From Deinococcota bacterium (lineage in GTDB: Bacteria; Deinococcota; Deinococci; Deinococcales; Thermaceae), in NCBI GenBank assembly GCA_041695225.1, contig JBGFRI010000021.1:1-61594 (forward strand): 61,594 bases of DNA. Direction: 5' to 3'. Position numbers and translations under genes: made by a program. The notes under the pieces were generated by a model. The model made no database searches and was not told where the DNA came from. It saw only the letters and a program-made list of their open reading frames with translations. Shown here in pieces: positions 21,623 through 32,353 of this stretch. How positions within the stretch are numbered: the stretch's first letter is position 1; every line of letters begins with the position of its first letter.

Positions 21623-22783
21623 ATGGTGTTGCCTTTTCTACTATCCTGGCTTCACGCCACCAACGACCTGTTTGCTGCTTTCCTGACGCCTCTGCTACCC
21701 ACCCTACAGGCTGCCTTTGGTGTGAGCTACGGTGCGGTTTCGCTGCTGGTAGCGGTGCAATCGCTTACCGGTAGCCTGCTACAACCCCTGGCAGGGCTGG
21801 TTGCAGACCGCTACGACCGCCGCGTTCTGGCTGCCCTGGGGCCCTTGCTGATGGCTTTGGGTGGTGGTCTGCTGGGGTTTTTCCCCAATCTTTGGGTGGC
21901 AGGTGTGGCGCTGGCTTTGGCGGGGCTGGGTTCGGCCTTGTTTCACTCGGCGGGGGCGGCCCTGGTGGGGCAGTATGCCGATCCGGCTCGCCGGGGCTTC
22001 TGGATGAGCTTTTTTGGCACCGGAGGCTACATTGGTATCTCGCTTGGCCCCATCGTATCGCTCGCGGCAGTTAACCATGGGGGACTGCAAACCCTGGCCT
22101 GGTTTATTCCCCTGGCCCTGGTTCCGGCCTTTTTGCTCTTGCGCCAGGCTCCGCCTGCCCGGCTACAGACCAGACCCTCCACATTCCGCGACCTGCGGCG
22201 GGTCTTTCGCGGACACGTGGCCCGCTTGTGGGCTGTCTCGACCCTGCGAAGTATCGTCTTTATGAGCTTTGCTACCACTATTCCGTTCTGGTTTCACCAA
22301 CGAGGCATTTCCGATACCCAGTTGGCTCTCACGCTTTCGGTCTACAGCCTTTCGGCAGTCGTAGGCGCCTTTCTGGGTGGAACCCTGTCGGATCGGCTGG
22401 GACGACGCAATGTGCTGGTAAGCACCATGATCTTTGCCATTCCGCTATACCTCGCCTTACTTCTTATTCCGCCAGAGAACGGGTTTTATGTGGTGCTGCT
22501 GGCCATCACCGGGGCGCTGATGAACGCGGGGGTGCCGGTAGCCGTCACCATGGCCCAGGAGCATGAGCCGCGTCAGATGGCCACCGTTTCGGGGCTATTG
22601 ATGGGTTTCACCTGGGGGTTTGCGGGGCTATTGTATGGGGTGGTGGGCCCACTCATCGAACGATTTGGGGTGATCGAGAGCCTGAGTGTACTGGGTTTGT
22701 TGTTAATTCCAGCCCTTCTCCTCTCGCTGGCGGTGCGTGAAGCCAGCCGTGACCACGAGGGGTGTCGAAGGTCTAAGGTCTAA
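21623..22783 (+). CDS. MFS transporter (Fsr-like)
   Basis: HATND...ADRYDRR...SDRLGRR; ~12 TM segments. Confidence 0.88.
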   Translation: MVLPFLLSWLHATNDLFAAFLTPLLPTLQAAFGVSYGAVSLLVAVQSLTGSLLQPLAGLVADRYDRRVLAALGPLLMALGGGLLGFFPNLWVAGVALALAGLGSALFHSAGAALVGQYADPARRGFWMSFFGTGGYIGISLGPIVSLAAVNHGGLQTLAWFIPLALVPAFLLLRQAPPARLQTRPSTFRDLRRVFRGHVARLWAVSTLRSIVFMSFATTIPFWFHQRGISDTQLALTLSVYSLSAVVGAFLGGTLSDRLGRRNVLVSTMIFAIPLYLALLLIPPENGFYVVLLAITGALMNAGVPVAVTMAQEHEPRQMATVSGLLMGFTWGFAGLLYGVVGPLIERFGVIESLSVLGLLLIPALLLSLAVREASRDHEGCRRSKV

Positions 22784-23034
22784 GGTCTTTTGACTTTCGA
22801 CTTTTGACATTCTTGAACTTTTGCCCGGGCAGGGTCAGGCGCGGCACACTGACCGGATTATGGGGCCCAGGCCGGGGAAGCTGCTAATTCCGAAGTTCAA
22901 GACGGATCTTTGAACAAGGCCAGCCTCATTGTGTTAAAGAGCCTATGAACCTCGAGCCGTCCCAGCGAAGCCAGACAACATGGCCAAGTTATCAAGTCTT
23001 CCACTTTGGGCTATTTACTCTTAGCCTTAAGCAG

Positions 23035-23679
23035 ATGTATCTGGCCATCGAGGGCGTGATAGGGGTGGGTAAGACTACCCTGGCCCAGCTGCTGGCCCAG
23101 AGGCTGGGGGCGCAGAGCCTACACGAGGTGGTAGAAGATAATCCCTTCTTGCCGCAGTTTTATCAAGACCCTCTTCGTTACGCCTTCAAGGTGCAGGTTT
23201 TCTTCCTGCTTTCGCGCTACAAACAGCTCTTGCCCCTTTCACAGCCCAGCCTGTTTGCTAAAGGGGTAGTAGCCGACTACCTTTTTGCCAAAGATGCGGT
23301 TTTTGCCGCGATGAATCTTTCTGGGGCCGAGTGGGAGCTGTACAACGATCTCTACACTAACCTGGCACCCAAGATTCCTGCGCCCGATCTGACCATTTAC
23401 TTGCGTGCGCCGCTGCCGCTCATTTTAGAACGCATCCGTCGTCGGGGGCGGGTTTTCGAGAAGCAGATAGACCCGGAGTACCTGGCCAGGCTGAGCGAGT
23501 TCTACGAGCGACACTTCGCTACCTACATGCACCCGCTGTGGACCATAGACACCCAGGAGTTCAACTTCGCCGAGCGAGAGGCCGACCGCGACTGGGTGGT
23601 GCGGCGCGTACAGGAACGGCTGGGCATCCAGAGGATGTCTCAGGTCTCAAGTCTCGGGTCGCAAGCCAAAAAGACCTGA
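23035..23679 (+). CDS. Deoxynucleoside kinase
   Basis: IEGVIGVGKT P-loop; RIRRRGR lid. Confidence 0.9.
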   Translation: MYLAIEGVIGVGKTTLAQLLAQRLGAQSLHEVVEDNPFLPQFYQDPLRYAFKVQVFFLLSRYKQLLPLSQPSLFAKGVVADYLFAKDAVFAAMNLSGAEWELYNDLYTNLAPKIPAPDLTIYLRAPLPLILERIRRRGRVFEKQIDPEYLARLSEFYERHFATYMHPLWTIDTQEFNFAEREADRDWVVRRVQERLGIQRMSQVSSLGSQAKKT

Positions 23680-23699
23680 GGCCTGCGACCTGAGACATT
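23635..23699. repeat. Heptamer-based hairpin repeat (representative copy)
   Basis: ATGTCTCAGGTCTCAAGTCTCGGGTCGCAAG...GACCTGAGGCCTGCGACCTGAGACAT. Similar copies near 6535, 20521, 21416, 22763, 24376, 24532, 27953, 28070, 29373, 30509, 30622, 36515, 38753 and 41670. Confidence 0.88.
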
Positions 23700-23737
23700 C
23701 TTCATCGAGATCCCCTTGTCTGTGACCCTCCGGAACT

Positions 23738-24358
23738 ATGTATATTGCTATCGCAGGTAATATTGGCTCTGGTAAGTCTACCCTGACCGGACTGCTGGCC
23801 GAGCGCTACGGCCTGTTGCCGGTCTATGAGGCGGTGGACGAAAACCCCTATCTGGCCGATTTCTACGCCGATATGGGGCGCTGGGCCTTCGAGTCGCAGG
23901 TGTTCTTTCTGGCCAAGCGGCTGAAGCAGCACCTGGAGCAGATCAACCCGGCCCTACACGTGGTGCAAGACCGCACCGTGTACGAGGATGCCTTTATCTT
24001 TGCCCAGAACCTGTGGCTCGAGGGCTATCTTTCCCAACGTGACTGGCAGACCTACCTGGCCCTCTACCAGGGCATCGCGCCGGCGCTGCGCAAACCCGAC
24101 CTGCTGATTTATGTGCGCTCTTCGGTTGAAACCCTACAAGCCCATATTATCCGTCGGGGGCGGGACTATGAGCAAACTATCCCACAGGAGTACCTGGTCT
24201 CGCTGAATCTTCTCTACGAGGCCTGGATTGGCGCCTACGACCTCTCCCCGGTGCTGGTGATTTCTAGCGATAGCGTGAACTATGTAGACGACGAAGAAAC
24301 CCGCGAGCTGATGTTTCGGATGCTGGAAGCCTACGGCTTGAGCAGGCCCTTGGTTTGA
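23738..24358 (+). CDS. Deoxynucleoside kinase (tandem paralog)
   Basis: GNIGSGKS, QDRTVYED and RRGRDYE motifs. Confidence 0.92.
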   Translation: MYIAIAGNIGSGKSTLTGLLAERYGLLPVYEAVDENPYLADFYADMGRWAFESQVFFLAKRLKQHLEQINPALHVVQDRTVYEDAFIFAQNLWLEGYLSQRDWQTYLALYQGIAPALRKPDLLIYVRSSVETLQAHIIRRGRDYEQTIPQEYLVSLNLLYEAWIGAYDLSPVLVISSDSVNYVDDEETRELMFRMLEAYGLSRPLV

Positions 24359-24447
24359 ATGCGGGTTGATCTAGAATGTCTCAGGTCACAGGTCGCAAGC
24401 CAAAAAGACCTGAGACCTGCGACTTGAGACATTTTATCGTCCTGCAC

Positions 24448-24525
24448 TGGTGCGCCCGGCAGGACTCGAACCTGCGACCTAAGGTTTAGGAAACCTTCGC
24501 TCTATCCAAACTGAGCTACGAGCGC
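24448..24525 (-). tRNA. tRNA-Arg(CCT)
   Basis: Full cloverleaf GCGCTCG...AAGGT TTCCTAA ACCTT...GCAGG TTCGAGT CCTGC CGGGCGC ACCA. Confidence 0.96.
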
Positions 24526-24758
24526 ATTAGGATGTCTCAGGCTTCGCCCTGAGGGCTCTAGCCCGAAGGGTCTCAAGTCTCGGGTCGCAAGCCAGAGAGA
24601 CCTGAGACCTGCGACTTGAGACATAAGTTTAGCACTTACCCACCCAGGCTTCTATAGGGTTTGGCTACTACTCTGCGACCCGAGAACTACGACTTGCGAC
24701 CCAAATAAACTCCACCCAAGAAAGGTTTGAGCCTAATCGCGCCCTATAATGTTTTGGT

Positions 24759-26183
24759 ATGCCCGATTTCGAAGCTGTGGTGGGGCTGGAAGTTCACCTG
24801 CACCTCAAAACCCGAAGCAAAATGTTCTGTGGGTGCGATGCCAGCTACTTTGGCGATGCGCCCAACACCCATACCTGCCCGGTCTGCCTGGGGCTGCCTG
24901 GAGTACTGCCCACGGTAAACGCACAGGCTGTGGATTACGGCATTATGCTTGGGCTGGCCCTGAACTGCCAGATAGCATCCTGGACGCAGTTTCACCGCAA
25001 AAGCTATTACTACCCCGATATGCCCAAAAACTATCAGATCTCGCAGTACGACCTGCCCATCGCCCAGAACGGGCATCTCGAGGTAGAAGGGCAGACAGTG
25101 CGCATCAAGCGGGTGCATCTGGAAGAGGACGCGGCCAAGTCTACCCACCCCGACGGGGCTACCTACTCCCTGATAGACCTCAACCGGGCCGGCTCACCCC
25201 TGATCGAGATGGTTACCGAGCCCGACCTGCGCTCTCCCCAGCAGGCCAGGGTTTTCCTCTCCCATATCCGCTCCATTGCCCAGAGTCTGGGGGTCTCGGA
25301 TGCCAGCCTCGAGGAGGGAAAGATGCGGGCCGACGTAAACGTCTCCATCCGGCCTGCCGGGGCGCCGCTGGGAACCAAGGTAGAGATCAAAAACCTCAAC
25401 TCCTTTCGCAGCGTGGCCCGGGCCCTCGAGTTCGAGATCAGGCGACAGCAAGAAATCCTGCGCACGGATCGCAGAGTTGACCAGGCCACGCTGGGCTGGG
25501 ATGAGGCTCTGGGCAAGACCTACCTGATGCGCCTTAAAGAAGGCGAGTCTGACTACCGTTACTTCCCCGACCCCGACCTGCCCCCCATCGTGGTGGACCA
25601 AGCCTGGCTCAACCGGATTAAGGCCGCCCTGCCCGAGCTTCCCGCCCAGAAATTCGCCCGCTACGTGAGCAGTGGCCTTCGCCCTTACGACGCCGAAATC
25701 CTGGCCTACAACACCTCGCTGGCCAGTTTCTTCGACCTGGCTTTGGCGCATCACCAGGGCAACCCCCGGACCGTCGCCAACCTGCTCAATGCCGAGGTGG
25801 CCGGCTACCTTAATGAGCGGCAGTTAGAGGTGCAGCAAACTGCGCTGAAGCCCGAAAACCTGGCCAGTCTGGCCGGGTTGTTCGAGCGGCGCGAGATCAC
25901 CAACCGGGTGCTGAGCCAGCTTTTGCCCAAGGTGATGGAAGGAGCCGACCCCCTGCGGCTGGTGGAGGAAGGCGGCCTGCGCTCGGTCTCCGACGAAGCC
26001 TCGTTGCGGCCGGTTGTGGAACGGGTGGTAGCCGCCAACCCTGGCGTGGTGGAGCAGGTCAAGGCGGGCAATCTCAAGGCGGCCAACGCCCTATTGGGGC
26101 CGATCATGAAAGAGACCAGGGGCACCGCCAAGGCCGAAGTGGTCAGGAAGATACTGGGCGAGATGCTGGGGGTGGAGCTATGA
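24759..26183 (+). CDS. gatB: Asp/Glu-tRNA amidotransferase subunit B
   Basis: GLEVH, YPDMPKNYQISQ, HLEED and DYRYFPDPD motifs. Confidence 0.97.
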   Translation: MPDFEAVVGLEVHLHLKTRSKMFCGCDASYFGDAPNTHTCPVCLGLPGVLPTVNAQAVDYGIMLGLALNCQIASWTQFHRKSYYYPDMPKNYQISQYDLPIAQNGHLEVEGQTVRIKRVHLEEDAAKSTHPDGATYSLIDLNRAGSPLIEMVTEPDLRSPQQARVFLSHIRSIAQSLGVSDASLEEGKMRADVNVSIRPAGAPLGTKVEIKNLNSFRSVARALEFEIRRQQEILRTDRRVDQATLGWDEALGKTYLMRLKEGESDYRYFPDPDLPPIVVDQAWLNRIKAALPELPAQKFARYVSSGLRPYDAEILAYNTSLASFFDLALAHHQGNPRTVANLLNAEVAGYLNERQLEVQQTALKPENLASLAGLFERREITNRVLSQLLPKVMEGADPLRLVEEGGLRSVSDEASLRPVVERVVAANPGVVEQVKAGNLKAANALLGPIMKETRGTAKAEVVRKILGEMLGVEL

Positions 26184-27187
26184 AATACCAGGATGCAGGC
26201 GTAGACATTAACCGCAAAGCCCAGGCCCTCAAAGCTGCTGCCAGCAAAATCAGAGCAACCTATACCCCCGAGGTGCTAGGCGGCATCGGGGCCTTTGGGG
26301 GAATGATCGAGGTCTCGCGGCTCAAGAGCATGGAGCAGCCTGTCCTGGTGGCATCTACCGACGGGGTGGGCACCAAGACCGTGCTGGCAGCCCAGACCGG
26401 GCGTTACGGTGGGCTGGGTTTCGACATTGTGAACCACTCGGTCAACGACCTGCTGGTGCAGGGGGCCAGGCCGCTGTTTTTTATGGACTATATTGCCAGT
26501 GCGAGACTCGAGGCCCAGGTGCTGGGTACGGTGCTGGAGTCGCTGGCCGAAGCCTGCCAGGCGGTGGGAATTCCCCTGTTGGGCGGCGAGACCGCCGAGA
26601 TGCCGGGGGTCTATCAGGAGGACGGGCTGGACCTGGTGGGCACCATTGTGGGGGTGGTAGACAGGGCCCAGATTGTAGACGGCGCCAGGGTACAGCCAGG
26701 CGATCTGCTGCTGGCCCTGCCTTCCTCGGGGCTGCATACCAACGGCTACAGCCTGGCGCGCATGGTGTTTTCGGGGTGGAGCCTGGAAGAGCCCAGGACC
26801 GAGCTTGCAGGAGACTCGCTGGCAGATGCCCTGCTAGAGCCCCACCGCTGTTACCTGGGGCCGGTTTCGCATCTTCTGGCCGAAGGCATCGAAATTCGCG
26901 CCATGGCGCACATTACCGGCGGCGGTGTTTATGAAAACCTGCCGAGGGTGTTACCCGAGGGGCTGGGGGCAGAGATCAGGCGTGGAACTTTTCCCGTTCC
27001 GCCGATTTTCTCACTAATTCAACAAGCTGGCCATGTGGATGAACCGGAGATGTACCGCGTGTTCAACATGGGTCTTGGTTACATTCTGGTCTTAAGTGCA
27101 GATATGGCAGCCTGGGCCCAGACCCTCTTGTCCAAAAGCTACCTGGTAGGTTGTATCATAGGAGAGTCAGGGGTCAAGGTGGTTTAG
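26180..27187 (+). CDS. purM: AIR synthase
   Basis: DGVGTK, GGETAEMPG, SSGLHTNG and AHITGGG motifs. Confidence 0.96.
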   Translation: MKYQDAGVDINRKAQALKAAASKIRATYTPEVLGGIGAFGGMIEVSRLKSMEQPVLVASTDGVGTKTVLAAQTGRYGGLGFDIVNHSVNDLLVQGARPLFFMDYIASARLEAQVLGTVLESLAEACQAVGIPLLGGETAEMPGVYQEDGLDLVGTIVGVVDRAQIVDGARVQPGDLLLALPSSGLHTNGYSLARMVFSGWSLEEPRTELAGDSLADALLEPHRCYLGPVSHLLAEGIEIRAMAHITGGGVYENLPRVLPEGLGAEIRRGTFPVPPIFSLIQQAGHVDEPEMYRVFNMGLGYILVLSADMAAWAQTLLSKSYLVGCIIGESGVKVV

Positions 27188-27206
27188 CCCTGCCCCTATC
27201 TTCCTT

Positions 27207-27839
27207 ATGAAAGAACTATGGCTTGTGCGCCACGGCGAAACCCTCTGGAATGCCGAGGGAAGGTTTCAAGGCCACCACGATGTAAACCTTTCGCCGGAGG
27301 GCCTCAACCAGGCCTACCGCGTGGCCGAGCGCCTGGCATCCAGCGGCTACCTGTTTGATGCCCTCTACAGCTCTGACCTCCAGCGGGCCACACTTACCGC
27401 CAGGCCCATTGCCGAGGCACTACACCTGACCCCCATCTTCGACCCCCGCATCCGCGAGATCTACGCCGGTGAGTTACAGGGATTACTCCGCAGCGAGATT
27501 GCCGAGCGCTACCCCGAGTTTCACCAGGCTGTACAACACGACCCCTGGAACGCCAGACGCCCTGGTGGCGAGAGTATGGCCGACCTGGCGGCCAGGGTGC
27601 AGCGCTTTATTGAAGACCTGCCAGATGGGCGTTTTGTGGTGGTTACGCACGGCGGGGTGATCCGGGCCTTACTCAAAATTGTGCTCAGGCTCGAGAACGG
27701 TTCCTGGCGCCAGTTCCAGATTCAAAATACCTCGATCACCCGCCTCTTGCACCCCGACGGTATGGCCCTCTCGGTGGGCGATGTGGGCCACCTCGAGGCC
27801 TGGGCCGAGGGGCTGGCCGACGAGGTTGCGCTGTCGTAG
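27207..27839 (+). CDS. Histidine phosphatase family protein
   Basis: LVRHGET, SSDLQRA and VTHGG motifs. Confidence 0.92.
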   Translation: MKELWLVRHGETLWNAEGRFQGHHDVNLSPEGLNQAYRVAERLASSGYLFDALYSSDLQRATLTARPIAEALHLTPIFDPRIREIYAGELQGLLRSEIAERYPEFHQAVQHDPWNARRPGGESMADLAARVQRFIEDLPDGRFVVVTHGGVIRALLKIVLRLENGSWRQFQIQNTSITRLLHPDGMALSVGDVGHLEAWAEGLADEVALS

Positions 27840-28177
27840 TCCGCAGATAAAACAGCCCAGGGTTATGGGCTTTGGGAAACCAAAGGGCCGCCCGACAAAC
27901 CGTTGCCTGGCGCCGGTCTGCCCTCGGCTACTTCGACCAGCGAATGCAAAGAATGTCTCAAGTCTTAGGTCTCAAGTTTCAGGTCTTTTCGGCCTGCGAC
28001 TTGCGACATATGGCCGATAGCTGATAGCTAAAAGCCTAAAGCTGAAAGCTAAGAGCCTTCAGCCTTTATTTGACCTGCGACCTGCGACCTGCGACCTATT
28101 TTTGCGACCTGCGACAACTTTTTGCGTGTCTGGCCCTGGTCACAGCTCTTTCCCCAAGCTGCTATACTCTTTTCCTT

Positions 28178-29290
28178 GTGGAGAGAACCCTCACCCCCCG
28201 CGCTCTGGGGTTTGCCATGCCCGCCGAGTGGACGCCACACGCCGCCACCTGGACGGCCTGGCCCTACGACGACGAAAAGTGGCTGGGCTACCTGGAGCCC
28301 GTGCGGCAGGAATTTGCGGCTTTTGTAAACACGCTGGCCAGGTTCGAGCCTGTTCGACTGTTGGTAAACGACGAAGAATCTGAGCAAGACGCCCGGGCCC
28401 GGCTCTCGGGCAGCATACAGTTTCATCGCATTCCCCACGACGACCTGTGGCTGCGCGACTCCGGTGCGATCTTTGTCACCCGCCCCCCCCAGTCCCCCGA
28501 CCCCTTTTCCTCCCGGTGGGAGAAAGGAGGGGCTGTAAAGCTGCCCTCGGTGGCCCCCATCAACTGGGAGTTCAACGGCTGGGGCGGAAAATACTCCGCC
28601 GAACAAGACAACCAGCTACCCGTGCGGATGGCCGGTATTCTGGGGGCCCAGTTGTTCCACGCGGGCATTGTGCTGGAAGGGGGGGCGCTAGAGGTGAATG
28701 GGCAGGGGGTGGGCATCACCACCCGCCAGTGCCTGCTGGCGCCATCGCGTAACCCTGGCCTAAACGAGGAGGAGCTCGAGGGCTACCTGAGCCGGTACCT
28801 GGGCATTGACCACCTGGTCTGGCTGGGAGAGGGCCTCGAGGGCGACCATACCGATGGACACGTGGACACCATCACCCGGTTCACCTCGCTCACCACCATT
28901 GTTACCGCGGTCTGCCCGGACCAGGACGACCCCAACCACCGCCCCTTGCAGGAGAACCTGGAAATTCTACGAAGCCTGGGGGTCTTCCTGGTGGTCGAGC
29001 TACCGCTGCCTCGCAACCCGGTCTGGCTAGATGCCCAGACCCGCCTACCTCTTACCTATGCCAATTTTTATATTGCCAACGGAGTGGTCCTGGTTCCCAC
29101 TTATGGCGACCCAAACGATGCAAGAGCCCTGGAAATTTTGCGCCCTCTGTTTCCTGGCCGCGAGGTCATTGGCCTCAGCAGCCGGGCCCTGATTACCGGC
29201 GGGGGTAGCTTCCACTGCGCGACCCAGCAGCAGCCGGAGGGCCAGATCTGGCGGGCCGAGCATCAGGCGCCAGTAACGAATAGCCGATAG
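28178..29290 (+). CDS. aguA: Agmatine deiminase
   Basis: MPAEW, WLRDSG, EGG, DGHVD and GGGSFHCATQQ motifs. Start GTG follows a TATACT box. Confidence 0.92.
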   Translation: MERTLTPRALGFAMPAEWTPHAATWTAWPYDDEKWLGYLEPVRQEFAAFVNTLARFEPVRLLVNDEESEQDARARLSGSIQFHRIPHDDLWLRDSGAIFVTRPPQSPDPFSSRWEKGGAVKLPSVAPINWEFNGWGGKYSAEQDNQLPVRMAGILGAQLFHAGIVLEGGALEVNGQGVGITTRQCLLAPSRNPGLNEEELEGYLSRYLGIDHLVWLGEGLEGDHTDGHVDTITRFTSLTTIVTAVCPDQDDPNHRPLQENLEILRSLGVFLVVELPLPRNPVWLDAQTRLPLTYANFYIANGVVLVPTYGDPNDARALEILRPLFPGREVIGLSSRALITGGGSFHCATQQQPEGQIWRAEHQAPVTNSR

Positions 29291-29595
29291 CTACCGCTGT
29301 CACAACAACTCTCGGTGCACCCCGGTAATATCGGTACTTTCGCAGCCGGTCAGGTGTCTCCATAATAATGAAGATGTCTCAGGTCGCACGTCGCAGGTCT
29401 CAAGCCAAAAAGACCTGAGACCCGAGACTTGGGACATTTTAAATTTAGTAGGGTTAGAGTGCGTGGAACATTGTGCCAAAGAGGACTTTGTAAACTTTCT
29501 GTGGCGCAGCTTGAGAGGCCGGATTACAGGCGAACTGCCCGCTTCGCAATTTTTTAGCTATCAGCGATTGACTATCAGCACTCATAGGAGGAACC

Positions 29596-30471
29596 ATGAC
29601 CAGACTTGGCGTAATCCAGATCTCCATGACAAAAGACCGAAACCACAACATCGCTAAGGCCAGCGCCATGGTGAAGAAGGCCGCCGCTCAGGGCGCCCAG
29701 ATTATCCTGCTGCCAGAGCTTTTCGAGAGCCTCTACTTTTGCCAGGCCCAGCGGGATAAATTCTTTGCCCTGGCCCACCCAGTCGAAAACCACCCGTTCT
29801 TGCCGCAGTTCCAGCAGCTGGCCCGAGAGCTAGGCGTGGTGCTGCCCATCTCGTTTTTCGAAAAGGCTGGTCAGGCCCACTACAACAGCCTGGCCCTGAT
29901 TGACCAGAGCGGTGAAATTCTGGGCGTCTACCGCAAATCGCATATCCCCGATGGGCCCGGCTACCAGGAAAAGTATTACTTCAACCCCGGCGACACCGGC
30001 TTCAAGGCCTTTAGTACCCGGTTTGGCAGTATCGGCGCCGGCATCTGCTGGGATCAGTGGTACCCCGAGTGTGCCCGCAGCATGGCCCTGTTAGGCGCGG
30101 AAATTCTGCTATACCCCACCGCGATTGGCAGCGAGCCTGCCGAGACAGGGGTAATTGACACCAAAGACATGTGGCAGCGCGCCATGATTGGGCACGCCGT
30201 CTGTAATATCTGCTACCTGGCCGCCGCCAACCGGGTAGGGAGCGAGGTAGTGGAGGGCCTCGAGCAGACTTTCTACGGCTCCTCCTTTATCGCCGACTAC
30301 ATGGGCAACAAAATTTCCGAGGCAGGCCGCAGCGAAGAAACCGTCCTGGTGGCCGAGCTTAACCTGGAAGAGGCCCGCACTTTTCGGGCCAGTTTTGGAT
30401 TCTTCCGCGATCGCCGGCCCGATCTCTACGGCCCCCTTCTGACCCTGGACGGCAAGACCCGCCGGCTATGA
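29596..30471 (+). CDS. aguB: N-carbamoylputrescine amidase
   Basis: Nitrilase triad motifs PELF, RKSHIP and ICWDQW; adjacent to aguA. Confidence 0.93.
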   Translation: MTRLGVIQISMTKDRNHNIAKASAMVKKAAAQGAQIILLPELFESLYFCQAQRDKFFALAHPVENHPFLPQFQQLARELGVVLPISFFEKAGQAHYNSLALIDQSGEILGVYRKSHIPDGPGYQEKYYFNPGDTGFKAFSTRFGSIGAGICWDQWYPECARSMALLGAEILLYPTAIGSEPAETGVIDTKDMWQRAMIGHAVCNICYLAAANRVGSEVVEGLEQTFYGSSFIADYMGNKISEAGRSEETVLVAELNLEEARTFRASFGFFRDRRPDLYGPLLTLDGKTRRL

Positions 30472-30701
30472 GCGCAGTCCCCAGTACGCGTAGTGCTGCT
30501 AGCGTCGCATGTCTAAGGTCTAAGGTCCAAGGTCGAAGGTCTAAGGTCTGCGACGGTCTCGCGTTCTGGCCTTCGACCTTCGTCTTTCGACCTTCGACCA
30601 TGCGTGTTAGCGCCTGTTTGGCCTGCGACCTGACACTTGAGACCTGACACTTGAGACCCGCGACACTCTCAATGCGCGTAACCCAGCCAAAATCAACCTG
30701 C

Positions 30702-31204
30702 CTAACCATCACTTTTTTTGCCTGCCTTGGCCCGGCCTTCGGGAGTTAGGGCGAAGCTGCGGGTCATGGTTTTGATGAATGTCACCCGCCGAAAGCGGAG
30801 CGCCGACCAGTCCTCATCTAGGGCTACCTGGCGCACTGGTTCCAGGCCTAGCTCCCCCAGCGCTGCCCAGCCGGTGTCGCGGTTGAACTCACACCTGTAC
30901 TTTTTGGAGGTGCCCTTGGGGTAGGCAAACCAGACCAAGGCGTCTCCCTCGAGCCTCCCGGCTATGGCCTTTGCAGCCTCGTCCACTAGGCGAGTCGCTT
31001 ACGCGATTCCGGCAAAGCCGTAACCTACTCGGCCTGTCTGGTTGCAAAGATCAGGGCGAACTGAACTTTTTGAACTGCTTTCAGGTCGCGGAGAATTTTG
31101 AGGTCCTGTAACTGCTCCAACTCAACATCAAAGCTCTTTGGTGCGTTCAGGATGACCAGCTCGGACTGGTCTTTGAGGTTGAGTTTTTTGAACAGGGGAG
31201 TCAT
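30702..31204 (-). pseudogene. Conserved hypothetical (DUF3052-like) gene split by the 41-nt element
   Basis: MTPLFKKLNLK...RQAE | insert | VDEAAK...WFAYPKG...DWSALRFR. Removing 41 nt gives a 154-codon ORF. Confidence 0.85.
30987..31027 (-). mobile_element. 41-nt Y-shaped insertion element, copy 2
   Basis: Exact copy between codons GAG and GTG. Confidence 0.92.
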
Positions 31205-31246
31205 GATCTTATTCTACAAAACGCGCTGATTGGATAAACTTTGAGC

Positions 31247-32011
31247 ATGTTCCGGGGCAAAGTGGTGCTGGTAACCGGGGCTGCCAGAGGCATTGGACGG
31301 GCCATTGCCCAGGCATTTGCCAAAGAACAGGCCCTGCTGGCGCTCTGCGATTTGCGCCCCGAAGGGCTCGAGGTCGCCAAACAGCTTGGAGCCCTGTTCG
31401 TCTATGCCGATATTGCCCAGGCTGCGCACCGCGAGCGCTTTGTCGAGCAAGCCACCAAGCAATGGGGCGGCATTCATGTGCTGGTCAACAACGCTGCCAT
31501 AGCCGCGCCCGGCTCGGCGCTTAAGGTGGGTCTGGCCGAATGGCAGCAGACCCTGGAGGTAAATCTGACCGCCCCGATGCACCTTTCTGCCCTGGTCGCC
31601 AGAGAAATGATTAAGTCGGGGGGAGGCGCGATTGTGAATCTGGCCAGCGTACAGGGCCTTTTTGCCGAGCAGAACAACGCTGCTTACACTGCTTCGAAGG
31701 GGGGTCTGGTAAACCTTACCCGCTCTCTGGCGCTCGACCTGGCCCCCATGAACATCCGGGTCAATGCGGTGGCCCCTGGCGCAATCGCTACCGAGGGGGT
31801 GCTGGAGGCCATCCAGATCTCTGAGCACCCCGAACTCACCCGCCAGGACTGGGAAGACCTGCACGCCCTGCGCCGCCTGGGGAAGCCCGAAGAAGTAGCC
31901 CAGGCCGTGGTGTTTCTGGCCTCCGAGAAGGCCAGCTTCATCACCGGAGCCATTCTGCCGGTAGATGGCGGCATGACCGCCAGCTTCATGATGGCCGGAA
32001 GACCAGTCTAA
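31247..32011 (+). CDS. SDR family oxidoreductase
   Basis: [12 protein letters not shown] and YTASK motifs. Confidence 0.93.
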   Translation: MFRGKVVLVTGAARGIGRAIAQAFAKEQALLALCDLRPEGLEVAKQLGALFVYADIAQAAHRERFVEQATKQWGGIHVLVNNAAIAAPGSALKVGLAEWQQTLEVNLTAPMHLSALVAREMIKSGGGAIVNLASVQGLFAEQNNAAYTASKGGLVNLTRSLALDLAPMNIRVNAVAPGAIATEGVLEAIQISEHPELTRQDWEDLHALRRLGKPEEVAQAVVFLASEKASFITGAILPVDGGMTASFMMAGRPV

Positions 32012-32039
32012 AGAAAAAGCCGCCCCGGCCCTCAGCACC

Positions 32040-32353
32040 TTAGTCCTGGTGCAGTAGTTTAAACCCGGTGAGCTTGTCGCTCTGGCTGCCCCTGGCCCAG
32101 TGTTTGAGGAGTTGATCGCGCGCGTCCGAGATGGCCTGCTGAATGCGGCCCAGTTCGGTACGGGAAAAGCCGTTGTTAGATTGCAGGGCCAGTAGGCGAG
32201 TCGCTTACGCGATTCCGGCAAAGCCGTAACCTAGGGTTGCAGCGAAAACTTGGCAAAATGCCCCTGGTACTTCACACAGATATAGGGCTGCTCGAGGTGG
32301 TAACCAGAGTTTACGTAAAAGCGGTACTGTCCTGAACGATAAATTGTAATCAT
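32040..32353 (-). pseudogene. DUF4160-like gene split by the 41-nt element
   Basis: MITIYRSGQYRFYVNS...AKFSLQP | insert | LALQSNNGFSRTELGRI. Removing 41 nt gives 91 codons. Confidence 0.8.
32193..32233 (-). mobile_element. 41-nt Y-shaped insertion element, copy 3
   Basis: Exact copy between codons CCC and CTG. Confidence 0.92.

Noticed and set aside
24448..24525. tRNA as a prophage or island attachment site
   Set aside because: No adjacent integrase, and no duplicated tRNA 3' end was seen in the window.
30987..31027. 41-nt element as a 37-nt MITE with TA target duplication
   Set aside because: Leaving one TA behind frameshifts all three host genes; only the full 41-nt deletion restores them.
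31214..32221. 335-aa minus-strand ORF and similar long antisense ORFs
   Set aside because: Shadow ORFs of real genes in GC-rich DNA (here the SDR gene).
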